Shown here: positions 8,805 through 17,563 of the stretch, piece by piece
How positions within the stretch are numbered: the first letter of the stretch is position 1
Layout of the letters: every line of letters begins with the position of its first letter
Source: Chlamydiales bacterium
GTDB lineage: Bacteria > Chlamydiota > Chlamydiia > Chlamydiales > JBDQID01
Assembly: GCA_047611865.1 (NCBI GenBank)
Contig: JBLFWS010000004.1
Span: forward strand, 1 to 49,315
Reading direction: 5' to 3'
DNA: 49,315 nt
Notes under the pieces: generated by a model
What the model saw: the letters and a program-made list of their open reading frames with translations, nothing else
The model's database searches: none
Told to the model about the DNA's origin: nothing
Made by a program: the position numbers and the translations under genes

Positions 8805-11024
8805 CTATCCGTGATTGGGTTCTTTAATCCAAAACAAACTAGAACTTGGCTCAGCAACATTCGCCCCTGGAATAAGGTCTTGCCTTTCTGCAGGAATAAA
8901 AACATTTTGGACATAATCCCTGTATAATAGTGTGGTTTTGGGTGTGTAAAGGAAGGTGTAGGGAGCTTCGCTATGAACGATAGAATGGAAGCGGTGGTAC
9001 AACTCGAGGCGATTGTCCATGTCGTATTCGTATTGTAGGTCTTCAATGATGCTGTCGGCCTCTTTGCTCTGAAAACCTACAGCATTAGAAGATCCTTTCT
9101 CTTTGGCTCCTGATGAATGCCATAATTGTTTGGGCTCTTCTGGAGGTGTTCCCAGTGCCCAGCCCAAGTATATGGCATCAAAGCCCTTTTCATCAAAGGC
9201 GTTGGATAAATCGGCGATGTCTACGCCATTAAGTTTACACTTAACTCCAATCTCTTTTAAGGCCGTGGCAATGTAGTCACAATTTATTTTTGTGGTGGGA
9301 TTTTTTACGTAATAAGTAAGGGTAAATTCAAATGGAACAATAGTTCCGTTGATTTCCTTATCGAGGACTCCATTACCGTCAGAGTCAAACCAGCCATCTT
9401 CTTCGAGAAGTTCTCGAGCTTCGTCTTGATCGTATGGCCAAGGGGTAATATCTTTGTCATAGGAGGGCGAATACCTAAAGAAAGGGCCGGTCATCTCGAC
9501 ACCCATGCCATTAAGATTTTGGCGAATAATTCTGGAACGATCAATGGCAATAGTCATAGCTCGGCGAACTTTTGCATTTTGAAACCAAGGAGTGGCGTGG
9601 TTCCAGCCAACATAGTTGTAGGATCTTGTGATGTAATCAACACGGTGTATCGCCAGACCATTTTGTTCTTGATCTTTGTAATCATCACTTTTTAAAAAGT
9701 CATTTAGTTCTGCGAGTTGATTGGGTCTTACGTTGTAGAAATCGATTTTTCCGGATTTAAAGTCTTGCCAGACGGCTTCTGTTGTTTCTTTAAAATTGAG
9801 TTCCATTTTCTGAGGTAAAGCAGCATAAGGCTCATAGAAATCAGGGTTACGGGTGAAGAGGGTTCTTTCGTCACTCATTCCATCAAAGATCCAGGCTCCA
9901 CAGCTAGGGATAATATTTTTAGCCCAATGTTCTGCAAAATTTTGTGCCCAAACTGAATTATTTCTATAGGTATCTGGATCGTCATCTTCATCTACGATTT
10001 TGCTTCCATCGGGGAAATATTGGTAGACGAAGCGTGGCAGGGGTTTGAGTTCCCCGGTAAGCCCTTTTGCACTGTATTTAACTTTTTTATTCAGTGCTTC
10101 TCCATCAGCAGGAGCTTCTTGGGTTTTCCAACGGACAGTAAAGGTAAAGTCATCAATGATTTTAAATTCTACGATGTCACCTAGATAGTTTCGAAGAGAT
10201 ACTGCAGCAGGAAGTTGGACGTGAGGATTTTGGATAGTGTCGAGGTAGAACTTAAAATCATGAGCTGTGACTTTATGTTTCTTTAAAAAATGAGGAGAAA
10301 GAATTAAATCTTCTGGGAAATGCTCTTGTTTTAGTGCTTGCCAGTATACATTCTGGCGGAGATGCACCCAATATTCAGAAGTACCGTCTTCATTGATAAT
10401 TCTTTCCTCAAGTTTCACGGCCATGTCAGGTGACATTGTTTCGAATTTACCGTACTTCATACCTGCTACAGAGACAGTACACATGCTAATCATGTTAGAG
10501 ACATCTCGAAATCCATTAAATGGGTGAAGATTTTCTGGCCTTCCAATAGATCCCATTCGCATTGTTCCGTGTGGAATAAAGTCGGGACCCAACATCTTTG
10601 GGAGTGTTTCGCTGTAAAAGAGATCTTCTTCAAGAAGATTAGGAAGAGCCGGATCTATTTGCGTATGATCTGGGTTTTTAAAAGCTGGATCTCTATGAGG
10701 GGATCTGTTTGTTTGGATTTCATTTTCATAGTCTTGTCCAGTTCCACTTTTAAGTGCTTGCATTTTGAGAGAGAGAATATCTTTGAGGAAGCTCTGCCGT
10801 TCTCCTTGTTCTCTTAAAAGAGAGTTTAGGACATCAGTTCGTACTTTTTGTGTTTCCATTCTATTTGCGGACACGAGTTCTTTTAGTTCTTCAACATCTC
10901 TATTTAGGGATTTGATATCTTTTTCCAGAAGCTCTGAAGACCAGTATAGAAGGCACATAAAAGTGAAGAGTCCTATTCCCATTACAAAACGGAAAATATA
11001 AAGGCTGATGGGTTCTTTACTCAT
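8805..11024 (-). CDS. oppA: Oligopeptide ABC substrate-binding protein OppA with N-terminal TM anchor and coiled coil
   Basis: SBP family 5 motifs (VTAHDFKF, VRRAMTIAIDR, APYTFLY); first gene of the oppABC run. Confidence 0.9.
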   Translation of the reverse strand: MSKEPISLYIFRFVMGIGLFTFMCLLYWSSELLEKDIKSLNRDVEELKELVSANRMETQKVRTDVLNSLLREQGERQSFLKDILSLKMQALKSGTGQDYENEIQTNRSPHRDPAFKNPDHTQIDPALPNLLEEDLFYSETLPKMLGPDFIPHGTMRMGSIGRPENLHPFNGFRDVSNMISMCTVSVAGMKYGKFETMSPDMAVKLEERIINEDGTSEYWVHLRQNVYWQALKQEHFPEDLILSPHFLKKHKVTAHDFKFYLDTIQNPHVQLPAAVSLRNYLGDIVEFKIIDDFTFTVRWKTQEAPADGEALNKKVKYSAKGLTGELKPLPRFVYQYFPDGSKIVDEDDDPDTYRNNSVWAQNFAEHWAKNIIPSCGAWIFDGMSDERTLFTRNPDFYEPYAALPQKMELNFKETTEAVWQDFKSGKIDFYNVRPNQLAELNDFLKSDDYKDQEQNGLAIHRVDYITRSYNYVGWNHATPWFQNAKVRRAMTIAIDRSRIIRQNLNGMGVEMTGPFFRYSPSYDKDITPWPYDQDEARELLEEDGWFDSDGNGVLDKEINGTIVPFEFTLTYYVKNPTTKINCDYIATALKEIGVKCKLNGVDIADLSNAFDEKGFDAIYLGWALGTPPEEPKQLWHSSGAKEKGSSNAVGFQSKEADSIIEDLQYEYDMDNRLELYHRFHSIVHSEAPYTFLYTPKTTLLYRDYVQNVFIPAERQDLIPGANVAEPSSSLFWIKEPNHG

Positions 11025-11037
11025 AATTTATCTACTC

Positions 11038-12450
11038 TCACTTTTTAATTTTGTGGCCGCTTAAATTACTCAAACCATCATAGCAGGCGTACTTGTACAA
11101 GTCATGCAAAGTGGGGTAATTGAATACGGATGAAATTACGTGCATTAGGGTTTTCTTGTCTTCTACGAGGGTCAGTCCGTAGTGAATGATTTCTGCTGCC
11201 ATATTTCCAATTATATGGACTCCTAGGATTGTCATATTTTCTTGATCAAAGATTAGCTTGAGAAAGCCATCTTCTACACCCATTATTTTTCCTCTAGGCA
11301 TATCGCAGTATCTAGCTCTGCCTACGCAGTAGTTTAACTTATCTTTTAGTGCTTTTTCTTCACTTACACCAACTGTAGAGACTTCAGGGACGGTGTAAAT
11401 ACCATAAGGGAGAACTGTTGCGATATGATCCAAGTCTTCAGTTTTGAACATATGAGCAACAGCTATTCTACCTTGATCCATTCCTGTACTCGCTAAAGAA
11501 GGAAAACCTATGACATCTCCAACGGCAAAAATATTAGGAATGTTAGTTCGATAAGTTTCGTCGACAGAAATTTGATCGCGGCTGTTGACTTCCAGGCCAA
11601 CTTTTTTATAAGCCAGACCGCCTAGGTTGCCTACGCGTCCTGAGGCAAAAAGAAACATATCGACATGCAGTTTTTTCCCTGACTTTAGGCTCACAGTTAT
11701 AGGGGTAAGATCATCTTTTGGGGTACTTACACTATTGACACTGTCATTAAATAGCATCTCAATCTTATCTTCTTTCATTTGATCAATGAGAGAGTTTGAA
11801 ATCTCTTGATCCAAGAAGGGAAGGATGACTTCGTATTTATTAATAAGATAGACTTTTACACCCATTGTGGAAAAAATACTGCTGTATTCACAACCGATTA
11901 CGCCGGCTCCAACAACACAAAGAGTTTTGGGAAAGCGAGTGATATTTAGAATTGTATCGGAATCATGGATGCGCTTTCCATCAAAGGGAATTTCGGGAGG
12001 GTGGTATGGAATTGATCCGGTTGAGATGACTATGAATTTACCGCGTATGAATTTTTTACTTCCATCTGAGGAACTTATACTAATGGTATTCTGATCCTCG
12101 AAACAAGCTGATCCCGTATATAGGTCGACGTTATGGAGAAGGATGTTATTTTTTATTTCACCAGCTTCTGTAGAGGAAACTTGGTTTTTTCTATAGAGGA
12201 AATGTTGTATGGAAGCTTCTTCTTCCAATTTCCTTTCAATACTATAGAGGCCTTTTTCGTATTTTCCGGAAAGATAGAGGGCTGTTTCTCTTAGAGTTTT
12301 AGAAGGGAGTGTGCCTGTGTGAACGGCAGCACCACCGAGTACTTGACTCTTTTCTATAATGGCGACTTTGTATCCAAAATAGGCAGATTTTACAGCAGAT
12401 TTCTCTCCTGCGGGGCCACAACCAAGAACTATGAGATCGTAATTATCCAT
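11038..12450 (-). CDS. sthA: Soluble (Si-specific) pyridine nucleotide transhydrogenase
   Basis: GCGPAGE FAD motif, HTGTLPSKTLRE without the redox CxxxxC pair, GAGVIGCEY, GIYTVPE, FNYPTL. Confidence 0.9.
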   Translation of the reverse strand: MDNYDLIVLGCGPAGEKSAVKSAYFGYKVAIIEKSQVLGGAAVHTGTLPSKTLRETALYLSGKYEKGLYSIERKLEEEASIQHFLYRKNQVSSTEAGEIKNNILLHNVDLYTGSACFEDQNTISISSSDGSKKFIRGKFIVISTGSIPYHPPEIPFDGKRIHDSDTILNITRFPKTLCVVGAGVIGCEYSSIFSTMGVKVYLINKYEVILPFLDQEISNSLIDQMKEDKIEMLFNDSVNSVSTPKDDLTPITVSLKSGKKLHVDMFLFASGRVGNLGGLAYKKVGLEVNSRDQISVDETYRTNIPNIFAVGDVIGFPSLASTGMDQGRIAVAHMFKTEDLDHIATVLPYGIYTVPEVSTVGVSEEKALKDKLNYCVGRARYCDMPRGKIMGVEDGFLKLIFDQENMTILGVHIIGNMAAEIIHYGLTLVEDKKTLMHVISSVFNYPTLHDLYKYACYDGLSNLSGHKIKK

Positions 12451-12522
12451 GAAGTGTCGGGGGTTTTTTATTCATATATATATGATTCGTCTCCAATAGA
12501 ATACTTTTTTCTTTAGTCTGTC

Positions 12523-12558
12523 TATACTGAAGCCAGTTTTTGGATTAGTTTCGGTATA
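12523..12558. repeat. Short TA-flanked inverted-repeat element (family C)
   Basis: tatactgaagcc…gtttcggtata; right end matches that of 19542-19601. Confidence 0.55.
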
Positions 12559-12565
12559 TACTAAT

Positions 12566-12929
12566 CTCGTGTCAAATTTGTGAATTTTGTGCAGCAATTT
12601 TTCTGACTGGCTAAGGGCGTTGTTGCATAAAACATGCGTCTACAAGAGGCTTATGATTAAAATTTTACCACCGAGATCACAGAGGGCACAGAGGAAATAA
12701 AAAATCACAGATCAGTTGATAGCATATTCTGAGAGACTTTATGCATTTTTCGATCTCTCTGTGCTCTCGGTGCTCTCTGTGGTTAAATAAATGATTGTGA
12801 ACGTATTAAATTATGCAACAACGCCCTGGTTAAGTGTGGAGATCTCTATAAACATAGGTATGTTATTGAGATCGAACACGGCGGTCAAGCAGCAAAAAAT
12901 CAGCTCGTAAATCACAAATTTGATACGAG
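12566..12929. mobile_element. MITE family F, copy F1, interrupted by element B1
   Basis: TIR ctcgtgtcaaatttgtga / tcacaaatttgatacgag. After removing B1, its reverse complement aligns by eye to 27634-27776. Confidence 0.8.
12616..12825. mobile_element. MITE family B (IS903-like ends), copy B1, 210 bp
   Basis: 15-bp TIR GGCGTTGTTGCATAA; 9-bp flanking repeat ctggctaag/ctggttaag (1 mismatch); near-identical to B2 and B3. Confidence 0.95.
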
Positions 12930-12941
12930 GTGGGTATAAGC

Positions 12942-13637
12942 TTAGAAAATTACTATGTGGTAGATAGGCGCTGATGAGGGGTTGAGTATCCAGTGAGAGA
13001 CAATATCTATTTCGGCCAAGCCACGGAGAACGGCTAATATTCCAACAAGTATTGCCAGACATCCTAGGATACTTTGATAATATTTTTTCATTTTGTTTAG
13101 AAGATTATGAGCATTCATAGCTAGAAAGAGAGAAGGAGAAGTCAAAACAGCAAAAGCGAAACCATTGATGAGACCTTCTAGTGCATCTCCTGCTAGAGCA
13201 CATGCGGAAAATACGATGACTGTTTGACCACATGGAAGCATGATTGTGAAAAAACCAAAAAGAAAAGTTGTGAGCGGCTGATCTTTTAGTATCAGAATAG
13301 TTAAGCGTTTCCCTAATGAGGACGTTTGTTGAGAAAGCCAGTGATAACCTGGGTATTGGAGACCAAGGATTTGAAATATACCCAGAATAATAATTCCGCC
13401 TCCGAATATAAAGCTTGTAGCGGCAGAAACATGGTATTGTTTGAGGATAATATTTAAAACAGCCCCGGCTTCACCAGCGCCCATACCTGCGAGGCTAAAT
13501 GAAAGAGTTCTGCCAAGGAAATACATATGGCGGAATTTATGCCTGCCAAGCATCATCACAAGAGGGCCACACATACCGATACAGTGTAGGTTGCCGATTA
13601 AGTATATGGGTAACATGGTAATGAGTAGAGACAACAT
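12942..13637 (-). CDS. DsbD_2 / TauE-SafE-like membrane protein (cytochrome biogenesis or metal handling)
   Basis: HCIGMCGP and LPCG motifs, 6-7 TM helices. Confidence 0.85.
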   Translation of the reverse strand: MLSLLITMLPIYLIGNLHCIGMCGPLVMMLGRHKFRHMYFLGRTLSFSLAGMGAGEAGAVLNIILKQYHVSAATSFIFGGGIIILGIFQILGLQYPGYHWLSQQTSSLGKRLTILILKDQPLTTFLFGFFTIMLPCGQTVIVFSACALAGDALEGLINGFAFAVLTSPSLFLAMNAHNLLNKMKKYYQSILGCLAILVGILAVLRGLAEIDIVSHWILNPSSAPIYHIVIF

Positions 13638-13642
13638 AAATT

Positions 13643-13867
13643 CTAATGATCTTTTTGGGACTGGGTTTGCTCATTACGTTTTTGAGCGATGGCTTCATTT
13701 CGAATTTCTTGAATCTTTTGAGCCCGGATTTTAGTCGTGTAAGGGGATCTAGCATGAGTAAAGATACCCACGAATAACATGAAACCCATAAAGAAAAGGA
13801 ATGTTCCAACTGCTGTGACTTTAAACCAGGGGATTTTTCCTATAAAGGGTAAGAAAGGAACTTTCAT
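13643..13867 (-). CDS. Small single-TM membrane protein, probably co-transcribed with the DsbD_2 gene
   Basis: 74 aa, one hydrophobic helix plus charged tail, GGAG RBS, 5-bp gap to the next gene. Confidence 0.7.
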   Translation of the reverse strand: MKVPFLPFIGKIPWFKVTAVGTFLFFMGFMLFVGIFTHARSPYTTKIRAQKIQEIRNEAIAQKRNEQTQSQKDH

Positions 13868-13987
13868 TAAGGTGACTCCCGTACACGCGTAAAGACAAAT
13901 GGAATTTTTATCATGTTAGAAGAAATATGGCAATCCGAATTTTAAAAATGGCGGATACTCTGTTAAATTCAGGGCTAACAGAGGGCA

Positions 13988-14040
13988 AGTATACCAATTC
14001 TTGAAGTCATTTCTGTATTCATCAAAAGATTTGGTATACT
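13988..14040. repeat. Short TA-flanked inverted repeat (family C-like); may also serve as a terminator
   Basis: agtataccaattctt … aagatttggtatact. Confidence 0.5.
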
Positions 14041-14044
14041 AGGG

Positions 14045-14935
14045 TTAATCGTTGGCAATAACGAACTCGTAGTCTTCATCTGAAGCATATCCAATGACTT
14101 CGAAACCGAGATCTTCTGCTAATCGGACACTATTTTCTGTATCAGATCCGGGAGGAGATTCAAATTCAAGAAATACGTTGGCGTTGGCAGGAACAAAGAG
14201 TTCTATCTCTTGCTCGTTGTCACTAATATCTAAAGAGATTTCATGAAGGGTCTCAAATTCTAAAGCTCCCGTTCTTTCATATTCTGAAATAAGAGCATCA
14301 ATTAATTGCTCCCTTGTAGTTTCAGAAAATTGCGGTGGAATACCATCTGAGCCTGTGACCCTGGATGGCACTTCCAGGGTACCTAGAGTTTCATTTCTGT
14401 GGGCAGGTGAGCTTGGCCTTTGCAATGATGACTCGTTTCTTTGAGAGTCGCGATCTTCGTCTTTGACTATTTCTTGAGAACTTTCAGTTTCAAGGTCCGA
14501 TAGTTCATCTGTTTGTATGGAAGCTATAGAAGGGAGTTTCGATAATAAATCTCGAGGTCCTTTATCAAGAGTGAGGGCTGGAAAGTTAAGGAGAAGTTTG
14601 GTTGCTACTTTTTTGATACCTGAAATTTTTAGTTTTGTGCCTTCAGAAGGATTGATTTTCTCATTCAGGAGATACTTGCTGTTCTCTTTATCTTGGTTTT
14701 GGACAAATTGAGCGAGGTGAATTGTCAATCCATGCTGGCTTACGAAAGCCTGGGTTATGGGCATGCTACTTAGCAAATGAGAGTGTGCAAGGGTTCCCGT
14801 GGTTAGGTTCCTTATTTGATGTCCTCTCCAGGTATGAGGAATTGCCTCGTTATGTTGATTTCTGGAATTCTCATTATCCACTACTTGCGATATTTCGCGG
14901 CTAATATCTGAATTTCCTAAGGCAGTAAAGCTCAT
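14045..14935 (-). CDS. Hypothetical protein, acidic and low-complexity; candidate secreted effector
   Basis: 296-aa ORF with Ser/Asn-rich N-terminus and strongly acidic C-terminus; no recognised domain. Confidence 0.7.
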   Translation of the reverse strand: MSFTALGNSDISREISQVVDNENSRNQHNEAIPHTWRGHQIRNLTTGTLAHSHLLSSMPITQAFVSQHGLTIHLAQFVQNQDKENSKYLLNEKINPSEGTKLKISGIKKVATKLLLNFPALTLDKGPRDLLSKLPSIASIQTDELSDLETESSQEIVKDEDRDSQRNESSLQRPSSPAHRNETLGTLEVPSRVTGSDGIPPQFSETTREQLIDALISEYERTGALEFETLHEISLDISDNEQEIELFVPANANVFLEFESPPGSDTENSVRLAEDLGFEVIGYASDEDYEFVIAND

Positions 14936-15217
14936 AAAATAACCTTTTTTTTTTACACAGACCCTTCTAGCGACAATCTTATAAACAAGGTTTTAATGTC
15001 CAGAAAAAGTTCTGATTCGATGAGGGTTAAGGCCTAACGGGAGATGTTAGAACTCTGCGGTTTAGGCATCTTTAAGATAAGTAACTTTGCTTATCTTGTT
15101 TGGAGTTTTTTCTAATAATTCGAACGTATTTTCATTGATTTTTTTAACTTATTATTAGATAATACTTTCTACTTAATTATATATTTTATTATTTATTTTA
15201 CAAATTAGATTCAAGAG

Positions 15218-16522
15218 ATGAAACAAGAGTATATTGTAAAGGGAAAAATTGAAGCCATGGCATTTGGCGGAAAGGGGATATTACGTCATGAAAACATGGT
15301 TGTATTTGTTCCTATGGTAGCTCCGGGTGATATTGTCTCTACTCTTATCACAAAAAAAAAGAAGTCTTTTGCTGAGTCTAAGCTTGTTGAAATTCATGAG
15401 GCAAGTCCTTTAAGAGGTCCTCCGAAGTGTCCGAAGTACGGTCAGTGTGGGGGCTGTAATATGCAGCATATTAAGTATTCTTCACAGCTTGATATTAAGA
15501 GAGCATTTGTTGAAGATTCCCTGAAGCGAATAGGAAAGTTGGAAATAGGGGAAGTTTCTCCTGTGATTCCCGCTACAAAGATCTGGTCATATCGCAGGAA
15601 TATAAAGCTGTCTCTCCGTCCTGGTAATCCTGGTTTTCATATTGGGTTTGTAGGTATTGATAAGATGTCTTTGGTGAGTGTTGAGAATTGTTCGATTTTT
15701 ACTTTTGAAGATGATCAAATTCTTATGAATGTCCGAGATATTGTTAAAGGTCTAAATTGTAGAAGAGGAAATTCTGGTTCTGTAACAATTTTACGCGTTG
15801 AAGGGGAGCAATTCACACTCCATTTTCAATTTAAGAATGAGATTCCAGCTAATTTCACTGACTCGATGAAAAGATCGCTTCTTACTTTGGCCTTTTTTAC
15901 TGGGGCGAGCGTCTTTTGCAATGGTAAGGAGCTAAGTATTGGCAACCCCATTTCTGAGTTCACATTATTAGACGGTATAAAAATTACCTGCTCTCCACGA
16001 GCATTTGTACAAAATCACCCTGAACAAAGTTTACATATATATGAAAGGGTCAGGGAGGCTGTTGCTCAGACGAAGTCTAAAAAAGTCCTCGATCTATACT
16101 GCGGGATAGGGTGTCTCAGTCTCATTTTAGCATCTAGTGGTTTCAGGGTTCATGGTGTCGAAAATAATCCTGATGCTGTGAGATTGGCTAAGTCAAATGC
16201 AAAATTAAACGGATTGGATTCTTTGACGAGTTTCACATGCTCCGATGTAGAAAAGGTTCTCCCCGAAATTATGAGCAGTTTCTCCCCGGATTTTTTGATT
16301 GTAAATCCTGCTCGGGTTGGTTTGGATCCGAGTGTATTAAAGGCTCTGAACTCCTCAAATCTCAGGGATATTATATATATATCCTGTATGCCCCCAACTT
16401 TAGCAAGGGACCTTTCTGATTTAGTAAAGATCGGAGGTTTTGAAATCCTTAATGTTCAACCATATGATATGTTTCCACAAACTTCCCATGTAGAAACTGT
16501 TGTACATCTTAGAAGACCTTAG
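15218..16522 (+). CDS. rlmD: 23S rRNA (uracil-C5)-methyltransferase, RlmD/RumA family
   Basis: TRAM domain, CPKYGQCGGC Fe-S motif, LDLYCGIG, YISC catalytic Cys, DMFPQTSHVE. Confidence 0.88.
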   Translation: MKQEYIVKGKIEAMAFGGKGILRHENMVVFVPMVAPGDIVSTLITKKKKSFAESKLVEIHEASPLRGPPKCPKYGQCGGCNMQHIKYSSQLDIKRAFVEDSLKRIGKLEIGEVSPVIPATKIWSYRRNIKLSLRPGNPGFHIGFVGIDKMSLVSVENCSIFTFEDDQILMNVRDIVKGLNCRRGNSGSVTILRVEGEQFTLHFQFKNEIPANFTDSMKRSLLTLAFFTGASVFCNGKELSIGNPISEFTLLDGIKITCSPRAFVQNHPEQSLHIYERVREAVAQTKSKKVLDLYCGIGCLSLILASSGFRVHGVENNPDAVRLAKSNAKLNGLDSLTSFTCSDVEKVLPEIMSSFSPDFLIVNPARVGLDPSVLKALNSSNLRDIIYISCMPPTLARDLSDLVKIGGFEILNVQPYDMFPQTSHVETVVHLRRP

Positions 16523-16591
16523 TCAGCGCAAATATACAGTTCTTGGTTTAATATAATTGATTTATAGATATAGTTTGTAAACTATATAAGA

Positions 16592-16641
16592 TATAAAAAT
16601 AAAACCTTGCCAACGGGTGAAAGCAAGGTTTTATTTTTATA
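16592..16641. terminator. Bidirectional intrinsic terminator between rlmD and euo
   Basis: 19-bp perfect IR tataaaaataaaaccttgc / gcaaggttttatttttata with A/T tails. Confidence 0.85.
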
Positions 16642-16733
16642 AATAAGTATACTTAGAAAAGCAAGCTGAGAGTGGCGAAGGCGGTCGAGATCAATGCGGT
16701 CAGATAAGGTGTTGTTCAATTCCAGAGTAGAAA

Positions 16734-17174
16734 TTAGCCAGCGATGTTGTTGTTAGCTTTTTTCTCAATGAAGCTATCACGGTATTCTTCTACGTTGTTA
16801 ACGTGGATGACCCAAGCAGCACCCTTGCGAGTAGACTTAAGCATGTTAGTACGTAGAGCGTAATAGATCTTCTGAGCTGGAACACCAAGAATCTTAGCTA
16901 CTTGATTAACAGAGTAGTATCCTTTAGCATTGTCAAAAAGAAGATCGCCACCGAAGACAGACTTGCTACGAGAATACTTGTTTTTACGGTATTCAGCCAA
17001 ATCGTCAAGGTGGATTGTCCAACGAGTGGTGTCTTTTTTTGCTCTAAGTTTGTTTTGCTTTATTGCAACGTAAATCGCCTGGCGAGTAACGTTGTTAATT
17101 TTAGCAGCTTCAGTGATAGAAACCACTTTTTTGTCTTGAGTCTCATCGGTTACATGAGCTAGTTCAGTAGACAT
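16734..17174 (-). CDS. euo: EUO, chlamydial developmental transcription repressor (tandem HTH)
   Basis: VSITEAAKINNVTRQAIYVAIKQNKLRA…NKYSRSKS…YSVNQVAKILGVPAQKIYYA…RKGAAWVI; ATG 17174 with GGAGG. Confidence 0.95.
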   Translation of the reverse strand: MSTELAHVTDETQDKKVVSITEAAKINNVTRQAIYVAIKQNKLRAKKDTTRWTIHLDDLAEYRKNKYSRSKSVFGGDLLFDNAKGYYSVNQVAKILGVPAQKIYYALRTNMLKSTRKGAAWVIHVNNVEEYRDSFIEKKANNNIAG

Positions 17175-17563
17175 TGTTATAACCTCCAAATAAGTTAATA
17201 ATCTAATAGATTTTTTGCGTTCTTTTTATAACTTTTTTTCCTTAAAGAGATGTATATTATGCATATATAGATAATTTAAACCAAGAAATTGTTAAGGATT
17301 TATGAATTTTTTTTTCTTATCTACTCAAAAAGAGCTATATATAGAGAAAATTAGAGGAAATTTGGTAGATTTTAACCCTAAAATAGGGGTATCTTCCCAT
17401 TTATGGGCATAGTTCACCCTAGATCAAGCGCTATCTGAGCCTGTATAGTGATTAAGTAAAGTGCTTTAGCTAATAAGGTGGACTATTTCAGAGCAAAATA
17501 GAAATGCAACTGCAATCGAACTATCTTTGTAGGGTAGACATAGATTGAATTAGTGGGGGAATT

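Noticed and set aside
15076..15099. Palindrome aagataagtaactttgcttatctt as an operator
   Set aside because: Single AT-rich instance with no second copy or candidate regulator, so it cannot be supported
17455..17522. Sigma28 promoter for tsp, as known in C. trachomatis
   Set aside because: TAAAGTGC and ATCGAACT are both present but not at the 11-12 nt spacing
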